Source: Octopus sinensis (lineage: Eukaryota). From it: a DNA stretch of 64,000 nucleotides. The position numbers and the translations under genes were made by a program. The stretch is from assembly GCF_006345805.1 (NCBI RefSeq), contig NC_042998.1, forward strand, positions 150,970,001 to 151,034,000, read 5' to 3'. A model generated the notes under the pieces. That model made no database searches, was not told the origin of the DNA, and worked only from the letters and a program-made list of their open reading frames with translations. How positions within the stretch are numbered: position 1 is the first letter of the stretch; each line of letters opens with the position of its first letter. This document shows positions 55,825 through 64,000 of the stretch, one piece after another.

Positions 55825-56012
55825 TATATACACATATGCATGTACATGCCTACATATATATGTATATATACATGCATTCATGAGTACAGGACGTAAAAAA
55901 AAACGTGAACAAAATGAGAAATGAGAACATAAAGAACAAAAGCATGGAAAAGGAACTTCTTTTCGAACAACGAAAGAAACAGATAGAGAAACTTGACAGG
56001 TAACATAAAGAA

Positions 56013-56100
56013 ATTCCCTTCATCAGTTGTCCTCTGTTTTATCTTTCCCTACCTTCGGAACGCGGAGTAGATAAAACAGGGGACAACTGATAAAGGGAAT
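56013..56100. repeat. Inverted repeat with 32-bp arms and 24-nt spacer
   Basis: attcccttcatcagttgtcctctgttttatct versus agataaaacaggggacaactgataaagggaat (2 mismatches). The unit is related to 33745-33790. Confidence 0.9.
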
Positions 56101-56199
56101 GTTCACGATTTTTTAAAGTCATGTACCTATGTATGCATATATATATACATATATATGTAGGCGGCATGTAAATGTATGTGTGTATATATATATATATAT

Positions 56200-56608
56200 A
56201 AATGGTAAATAATTTTTCTGTGGTTTTTCATATAACCAACAATTATTTACCGGTAAATTTCGGAGTAGCAAATAAACGTAAACAATCTCTTATCGTTAAT
56301 AGCGAACATGTTTCTAGATCACAAGCTCAGAAAATAGCTTGATTTCCTTCATCGGCACTATATTCGATAGATTTACCAAATGCCAAAGGCCCTCACTTCT
56401 GACCCAGCGACATCAGATAGTGGGGGGAAGTGTGCAGATGTTAAAACTAAGTAATGACTGGGAACGTAAATTCTCCCTCCAAAATTCTGCCATGCGCGCC
56501 GTCTTTACAAAAGTTCCTGACGATGAATTTGTCATATTTACATACCGAAATTTACCGGTAAATAATTCTTGGTTATATGAAAAACCACAGAAAAATTATT
56601 TACCATTT
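56200..56608. mobile_element. MITE-like element with ~64-bp TIRs
   Basis: 56200-56263 is inverted at 56545-56608 with 1 mismatch. Non-coding interior. Confidence 0.7.
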
Positions 56609-56897
56609 TTATTGCATTACCATGTGGATCCCTTATTCCATTACGATCACCCAGACGGCGCGCATGGCAGAATTTTGGAGGGAGAATTTACGTTCCCAGT
56701 CATTACTTAGTTTTAACATCTGCACACTTCCCCCCACTATCTGATGTCGCTGGGTCAGAAGTGAGGGCCTGTGGCATTTGGTAAATCTATCGAATATAGT
56801 GCCGATGAAGGAAATCAAGCTATTTTCTGAGCTTGTGATCTAGAAACATGTTCGCTATTAACGGTAAGAGATTGTTTACGTTTATTTGCTACTCCGA
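56260..56897. repeat. 245-bp inverted repeat (56260-56504 versus 56653-56897)
   Basis: Two mismatches seen. It explains the near-identical plus and minus ORFs beginning MISFIGTIFDRFTKC. Confidence 0.97.
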
Positions 56898-57148
56898 TTT
56901 TGTGTATGTGAACCGCAGGGTCCGTCGTATTTGGAATCTCCACTTATAGAAAATGGAAAAAACAGTCTTTGACTGCCATTTCTAATTCCTTCCGTATGCG
57001 GCGAAGCAGCCTGTTGCTAGCCCTTTTTATTAGTTTTACTATATATATATATATATAATTTCATTTTATTATTATATGATCGAATGCAACGCTTTCATTT
57101 CCACGTATATATACATACACACACACACACACACAATCACACACATGC

Positions 57149-57208
<60 letters not shown>

Positions 57209-57944
57209 ATATATTTACTTCTTTCAGTCATTGGTCTGCAACCATACTGGGGCAGCGCCCTGAAGGCTTCATCAACGCCAATACTTTTAAGCCCGGTACT
57301 TACTTTAGCGGTATCTTTTACTGAATCTCTGTTACAGGGATGTATACAAACCAACACCAGTTTCTGAATGATGGTGAGGGACACACACACAAACACAAAT
57401 AGACACGCGCGCGTGCGCGCACACACACTTATACAAACACACACACACATATATGTGTGTTAGGTCTTAGCAACAGAAGCCGCCTTTTTAGCGAATATTA
57501 ATTGGCACATACCACCTAAATCGGATGTGTTGCTTTAGGACTCCGTAATCTGCGGTGAAAATCATTTAGTATAGACGATTTATTTAGTTATAAATAATAG
57601 CAATTCTATCAGTTGACGGAAATTTCCTTAGCACTGCTGGATGCACTACTATCTCACGTGATTTAACCGTATTACGTATCATGAGCGGCAACTAGCCAAG
57701 CACCGAATACCGGAACAAAGATCAGTCAAACCTACGTAAAATATTACTGATCAAGCTGCCAGTAATGTTGTTGGCTGTTTATGAATTAGAATTTCAATGC
57801 TTTTAGCATTTGTCGTCTACAGGAAATAGTTTTTGTAGGCGTTCATCGCAGCTCACGGCGTCGTAAGCAACATATTGAGGTTAAGATGGATGAGCTGATA
57901 TATGTGTATAATATATGTACATATATGTAATATATACACATATT

Positions 57945-58322
57945 CTTTTACTCGCTTCTGTCATTTGGCTGCGGCTATGCTGAAGCACTACCTTGAAGGG
58001 TTTTAGTTGAACAAATCGACCCCAAGACTTGTTTTTTAAGCTTAGTACTTATTCTATAGGTCTCTTTTGCCGAACCGCTAATTTAGAAGGACGTAAGCAC
58101 ACCAACATTGGTTATCATTCGGTGACAAGAGGACAAAACACAGACACAAAGACACGCGCGCGCACGCACACATACACATATATACGACGGGCTTCTTTTA
58201 GTTTCCGTCTACCAAATCTACTTACAAGGTCTTTTAGAACTGAAACGCGAATATGCTCACAATACAATGGAACTGGACCCGGAACCCTATGGTTGGGAAG
58301 CAAGCTTCTTACCACACAACTA
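57945..58322 (-). mobile_element. SINE remnant (tail 57945-58125, head 58190-58322) split by a microsatellite
   Basis: aatcgaccccaagact...ttttgccgaaccgctaa, and gtttccgtctaccaaatc...cttaccacaca as in 49725-49860. Confidence 0.7.
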
Positions 58323-58537
58323 CGAATGCACCTATATATATGTGTGCGTATGTGCGTGCGTGTGTATCGTTAAGTTCAGTGCTTTTGTGGCTTTTGAGTT
58401 GTTTTAACTCGTATCTTTAGCAAAAGCGATGCTAGTCAGTACCATCTGTCACTATTGTGACCTCTATTAATTTCGCCTCTGGGTTCTGATTGCTAATAAG
58501 CCACCCTTTTTAATTTGTTATATATATATTTGTTATA

Positions 58538-58570
<33 letters not shown>

Positions 58571-58572
<2 letters not shown>

Positions 58573-58700
58573 TTATTTTATAGAAGGAGCTCCTACAGGA
58601 CTAGAACTGTTTCATTCAAAGAAATCATCAGGAAGCTTCCTGATGATTTCTTTTGAATGAAAAGTTCTAGTCCTGTAGAAGCTCCTTCTATAAAATAAAT
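58571..58700. repeat. 130-bp spacer-less palindrome centred on GGAAG|CTTCC
   Basis: 65-bp arms differing by 1 substitution and 2 single-base indels. Confidence 0.96.
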
Positions 58701-58765
58701 TAATTTACTCTGCTATGTATTGAGTACCTTATTTACTGTGGTTAACCCCGACTCAACCCGGGACC

Positions 58766-58855
<90 letters not shown>

Positions 58856-58983
58856 CATACACACATATATATATATATATATATAGTTAATCCAAACATG
58901 AAAGCACAAAGAGAAAATAGCAACGCGAGGACGTGGAACAAATATAGTGTTATTGGACGCTCAGGAAAGGAAAAAAAGGAGGA

Positions 58984-59017
58984 TTTAACGTTTCGAGCGG
59001 AGCTCTTCGTCAGAAAC
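58984..59017 (-). ncRNA. Minimal hammerhead ribozyme motif with canonical core, in terminal repeat 58884-59072
   Basis: The minus strand reads gttt-CTGACGA-A-GAGC-tcc-GCTC-GAAAC-GTT-aaat. It has a CUGANGA core, 4-bp stem II and palindromic ACGT stem III. Confidence 0.68.
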
Positions 59018-59249
59018 ATAGCAAAAGGAAAGATCCAAGGAAGGGAAGACGGAGGAAAAAACATCGCCAACGATTTTTTGAACCCCACTATTTCCCTCTG
59101 CTACTCCCTAAATTATAGTAGGCTTAATACGATATGCATTTAATCCCTTCATTTATGAGTTGAGTTGGGTAGTGTCTGTCCTTGACTACGATTTCTGGTA
59201 TATTTTTCGGACACTATGGTGCAAAACCTTCTTGCAAAGTTAAAGGGGA

Positions 59250-59580
59250 TTGGAATTCAAAAGACTCTTTAATAGCATTAACATCAACATACAATTTACA
59301 ATGGAACACAACCAAGATGAACTCCCATTCCTGGACAGACTAGTTAAAAAATAAACAAAAAATAGAAACGGACAAAACCACAGACGCTAAGCAATATCTA
59401 TTATTTAGTTCATGCCACCCGAGACATATAAAAACAAATATCTCCTTCAACATTACAAGAAGGATTTGCACCATAGTATCCAAAAAAATACCTGAGAACT
59501 AAGACTGCAAGAGCTTAAAAATGTACTCCAGGACAGGCACTATTCAATTCAACTCATAAACGTGCAAAATCGATTGACAT
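59250..59580 (+). mobile_element. Penelope-like RT C-terminal fragment, related to the 41200-41550 family
   Basis: NINIQFTMEHNQDELPFLD and AKQYLLFSSCHPRHIKTNISFNITRRICTIVS. Confidence 0.85.
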
Positions 59581-59594
59581 AAAATCGTTAAGAC

Positions 59595-60758
59595 ATGGGA
59601 ACGCGAATGGTCCCCAACTATGCGAACCTGTTCGTTGGCTATGTTGAGGACCAAATTTTCTCTAGTTTCACTGGTCCCATTCTCGAACTATACGGTCATT
59701 ATATTGACGACTGTATCGGTGCCACCTCACTCACCCGCGAACATCTAGACTCCAGCCTCTCTTTCGTTAAATCCTTCCATCCTGCCCTCCCTTTCTCCTG
59801 CACTATCTCCAACACCTCTGTCTCCTTTCTTGACATTTCGGTCAGCATTCATCACTCCACTCTTACCACCTCCATTCACTATAAACACACAGATTCACAC
59901 TCATACCTAAACTTCTCCTCCTCCCACCCCAAACACACCAAGCTTTCCATTCCCTATTCCCAATTCCTCCGTATACGCAAGCTCTGTAGTGACGACCATG
60001 ACTTTGAGACTCAGTCTCAACTCATGGCTCGCTACTTCATCCTACGTGGATACCCCCTCACCACTATCCACACCACCTTTGCCAGAGCACGTTCCGTAGA
60101 CTGTGCATCTGCTCTCTCCCCACGAACCCGCCCTGCAGTCTCCCGCCTCCCTTTTCCCCTGACTTACCACCCCACCACCCTACCTCTCCAACGCACCATT
60201 CTCCGAGCTTTCCGGCATCTCCAGTCCGACCCATCCACTTCACACATCTTCCCTAACCGACCCCTCCCCTCCTTCAAACGAGCCCATAACCTACGAGACC
60301 TCTTGGTCCACAGCTCCTTCCCCAACCCTACCTCCCAACCTGGTTCGTTCCCCTGCTCCCGCCCACACTGCCGCACTTGCCCATACCTCTCCAACACCAC
60401 CCGCCTCACCGGCACCTATCATCGACCCTATCGCATCATTGACTCCTTCCCCTGCACCTCCAGCAATATCATCTATTGCATCTCCTGCTCTCTCTGCCAT
60501 TCCCTGTACATCGGACAGACGGGACGCCGCTTGGTTGACCGGTTCGCGGAACACCTCCGAGACATCCGCCTCGGCAATGACACCCCAGTCTCACGCCATT
60601 TCCGTTCCATCGGTCACTCCTTGCAACACCTGTCTGTGTTCGGATTGTGCTTGCACAGGGACCATCTGGACTCCTGCTTGCGCCGTGAACAGGGATTAAT
60701 CTTCTATCGTCGCTCTTTTACGCCATTTGGGCTCAACTCTCCTCCCCTTTTCATCTAA
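59595..60758 (+). CDS. Penelope-like element: 5'-truncated but uninterrupted ORF covering RT motifs B-E, thumb and GIY-YIG endonuclease (387 aa)
   Basis: MGTRMVPNYANLF, YIDD, VSFLDISV, HYKHTDSHSYL, SIPYSQFLR, CSRPHCRTC and NIIYCISCSLCHSLYIGQTGRRLVDRFAEH. Confidence 0.95.
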   Translation: MGTRMVPNYANLFVGYVEDQIFSSFTGPILELYGHYIDDCIGATSLTREHLDSSLSFVKSFHPALPFSCTISNTSVSFLDISVSIHHSTLTTSIHYKHTDSHSYLNFSSSHPKHTKLSIPYSQFLRIRKLCSDDHDFETQSQLMARYFILRGYPLTTIHTTFARARSVDCASALSPRTRPAVSRLPFPLTYHPTTLPLQRTILRAFRHLQSDPSTSHIFPNRPLPSFKRAHNLRDLLVHSSFPNPTSQPGSFPCSRPHCRTCPYLSNTTRLTGTYHRPYRIIDSFPCTSSNIIYCISCSLCHSLYIGQTGRRLVDRFAEHLRDIRLGNDTPVSRHFRSIGHSLQHLSVFGLCLHRDHLDSCLRREQGLIFYRRSFTPFGLNSPPLFI

Positions 60759-61417
60759 CCTCCTCCCCGACTCCTACTTCTCTTCACTCCTACATTTTTT
60801 CACCCCTACTCTCTTTCCCTCTTCTTCCCTCTTTTACCTCTACTCTTTTTCCCTCTTCTCCCCTACTCTCTTTCTCTCTGCTCCCTCACTCTCCTTCTCT
60901 CCTCTTTCCCCCTCCCTCCTCCTCCATTCCTCCGCCTTATCCTTCTCCCCCTCCCTCCTCCTTCCAACCCATCCCACCCATCACTACTCCACCTTCCCTA
61001 TCCTTCCCATCCCTCCACCCTATCCCACAACCCCACCTCCCCACAACATCACACCACACTACACTACACCCTACAACATCACACCACACCACACTACACT
61101 ACACCATACAACATTACACATCACATCACAACACACCACACACAAGCACATCCCCACATCTTCACACCTACACATACATACATACACACACACGTCCAAA
61201 CAACCAGCCCTCTTTCACACGCACATACATACTCTCTTATACACACACGCACCTTGTGTTGGGGGCTCCTTCGTGTTGGAGGTCATCTTGACCTTGTTAT
61301 CTCCCCTACCTTCCCGTCTGTCCATTCTGTCCGAGTCAGACGCCATGATACATCGTTGGCTACTACACACATTTTTTTCTGTCTTTGTTTGTCTCCTTGT
61401 TTTTTCTGTGTACCTTT

Positions 61418-61449
61418 CTGTAGAAGAGCGTAGGCTCGAAACATAAAAG
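61418..61449 (+). ncRNA. Degenerate hammerhead-like motif in the 3' terminal repeat (~61340-61540) downstream of the 59595 ORF
   Basis: cttt-CTGTAGA-A-GAGC-gtag-GCTC-GAAAC-ATA-aaag. The core has an A6-to-U change; stem I cttt/aaag is perfect. Confidence 0.5.
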
Positions 61450-61541
61450 ACTTTTTCTATTCCTGAGCGCTATACTAATACATATGTTTGTTTGTACATC
61501 ACCTGCCTTCGTCTTTTGTTTATTATCATAAACTTTCCCTT

Positions 61542-61606
<65 letters not shown>

Positions 61607-61668
61607 CAAATGAAATAAAATGAAAAACAGGACACAAAGGAAGTCGCGGTACAATGTTATATATATAT

Positions 61669-61703
<35 letters not shown>

Positions 61704-61957
61704 TTAATCAATATAGGGTGGCAAAAAAATTCAGCAGAAATTATTTGCCACCAGCGGCCTAGTGGGAAAAAAGTAAATAGTCAGAGACTATTAATAAATT
61801 CAACAGCAAAATTTAGGAACGGCCATAATAGGCCGTTCAACCCACTAGAAATAGCAGCCAAGGCTTCAACCGCAAAACAATATTAATTCCGTAACCAGGA
61901 GAAAATTTAAAAAAAAACATTTACCCTGTAATACCTTATACAATGCATCGTTTCGTC

Positions 61958-62049
<92 letters not shown>

Positions 62050-62160
62050 TGAAATGGATAAATGAATTATCTTATTACGGATTATTCCCTCACTAAATAT
62101 ATATATATGTATGTATGTATGTGTATATATGTATGGATGTATGTTTCTGTGACCCTGTTT

Positions 62161-62207
<47 letters not shown>

Positions 62208-62619
62208 GTTTAAATATTTGTTGTGCAAGATTTTTTATGTGAAGTCGTGTGTTGAAACAGATATTGTTATATTTCGGAATGGTCATTTTGCCAGTTTAGC
62301 CAATAAAAACACACGCACTATATATTTGGTGTTACTTTGCTTCAGTGTTATTTATTTTTTACATTAATATTAATCTTATTTCGGCCAGAGTTCTTTCGTC
62401 ACACTCCTGTGACCTCATCAGTGGTCCTTTGTTTTCTTCTCACTTATTTGTGTCTCTCCTTACTAACCGTCAGCCATTTTGTATTTCTATTGTATGTCTT
62501 CATTTGCGCATGCTTATATCTCTATGTGCGTTTATGTTTATTTAGTGTGTGTATGTGGGGGATGTCTGTAATATTTGTATCTTCTGTTTATATATGTTCA
62601 TGTAATTTGTAATTTTATA

Positions 62620-62771
62620 TGTTCATGTAATTTGTATTTTGTTTTTTGTTTTTGTAGTTTTTGTTTATTCTTATTTTGTTCATGTGTTTACATCCACCCA
62701 TTATTATCATTGCATATGCTTGTATGTATGTATGTATAACAACAATACTAGTAATAATAATAATAAATTGA

Positions 62772-62816
<45 letters not shown>

Positions 62817-63232
62817 CACACAATATATATATATTATATATAATATATAGTTATTTATTTATTTATCTGTGTATTATTGTTTTCAGGATCCTCTATCGTC
62901 ATATGTTGTGGTGTATGTTAGTGCTCCATTCTAGTTTTCTATTCAGGCTAGGTTATTTCTATTATTATGTGTGTAGCTTCTGTAATTTGTCTAATTGTTG
63001 CATCTGATCTATGTGTGGATAATATTTTAAATTCTATGTTATTGATTGATCCCCCGTGTTCTTGTTCGGCGTGTTGGTACAGAATCAATGAGCTTTTACC
63101 TTCCTTGAGTTGTCTCCAATGCTCATTTACCCGCTCTCCTATGCTTCTTGCCGTTTCTCCTACGTATGTCGTTGTCTTGTTACTGCATCGTCCCTCTATA
63201 CATCTTATACTATAGACTACATTTCTAGACAC
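62620..63232 (-). mobile_element. Inverted Penelope-like GIY-YIG end plus 3'UTR
   Basis: NVVYSIRCIEGRCSNKTTTYVGETARSIGERVNEH. Near-identical to the reverse complement of 63619-64000. Confidence 0.92.
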
Positions 63233-63239
63233 CGAACTC

Positions 63240-63942
63240 TGGCTAGAAATTGTGAATAATAAAACCCAAATCCTTCATTCATACTATGCCAAACCTATGG
63301 CCTCAAAATACTTGATCCACCGGAACTCAGCCATTGCGGACAATGCCAAATTCAATATTTTGATGGCAGACCTCGTCAGAATAATGAGAAATGTGTCATG
63401 CATGTGCGAGCCCACAGAGTTAAAGAGACGCATGCAATATTTCATTCACCGCATGCAGTTCTCAGGTTACAGCCATAAAGAAAGGATCAGAGTATACAAA
63501 GGAGCCATTAAGAAATTTGATAATATATTATGTAATGATAGGAATGGTATTTGCCAACTCTATAGGAACAAGTCATGGAACACTATAGAAAGGACAAAAA
63601 AGAAAATAGGGAAGGCCAAGACAACGACATACGTAGGGGAAACGGCAAGAAGCATAGGAGAGCGGGTAAATGAGCATTGGAGACAACTCAAGGAAGGTAA
63701 AAGCTCATTGATTCTGTACCAACACGCCGAACAAGAACACGGGGGATCAATCAATAACATAGAATTTAAAATATTATCCACACATAGATCAGATGCAACA
63801 ATTAGACAAATTACAGAAGCTACACACATAATAGAAAATAAACCTAGCCTGAATAGAAAACTAGAATGGAGCACTAACACACACCACAACATATGACGAT
63901 AGAGGATCCTGAAAACAATAAATACACAGATAAATAAATAAA

Positions 63943-63997
<55 letters not shown>

Positions 63998-64000
63998 GTA
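63240..64000 (+). mobile_element. Penelope-like fragment: post-RT domain fused in frame to the second half of GIY-YIG, running to the window end
   Basis: YYAKPMASKYLIHRNSA...RMQFSGYS...LYRNKSWN, then KTTTYVGETARS...EATHI. Confidence 0.9.

Noticed and set aside
56339-56818. Duplicated gene pair (two ORFs starting MISFIGTIFDRF)
   Set aside because: This is a by-product of the 245-bp inverted repeat. The start is non-ATG and there are no recognisable domains.

Overview
This is AT-rich eukaryotic DNA packed with microsatellites and transposon remnants. The SINE types and microsatellite load suggest an octopod cephalopod, but that is recognition from memory and is unverified. No host protein-coding gene, rRNA, intact tRNA or CRISPR array can be supported, and most ORFs in the supplied track are translated microsatellites. 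Recognisable elements are: R4/Dong-clade non-LTR fragments and an unnamed ~550-bp repeat clustered in (TAA)n arrays (1.9-7.1 kb); a broken Helitron Rep/PIF1 helicase with a canonical 3' end plus two non-autonomous Helitron-like copies; a complete but degenerate Ty3/Gypsy LTR element (25.0-29.4 kb); four Tc1/mariner remnants; several Penelope-like elements (RT plus GIY-YIG), one with an uninterrupted 387-codon ORF; and many tRNA-derived SINEs. The most interesting signals are four diverged hammerhead-ribozyme-like terminal repeats sharing extra conserved flanking motifs, a tRNA-head/RLE-LINE chimera, an interleaved A-B-A'-B' inverted repeat, and many long near-perfect fold-backs. All alignments and mismatch counts were done by eye.
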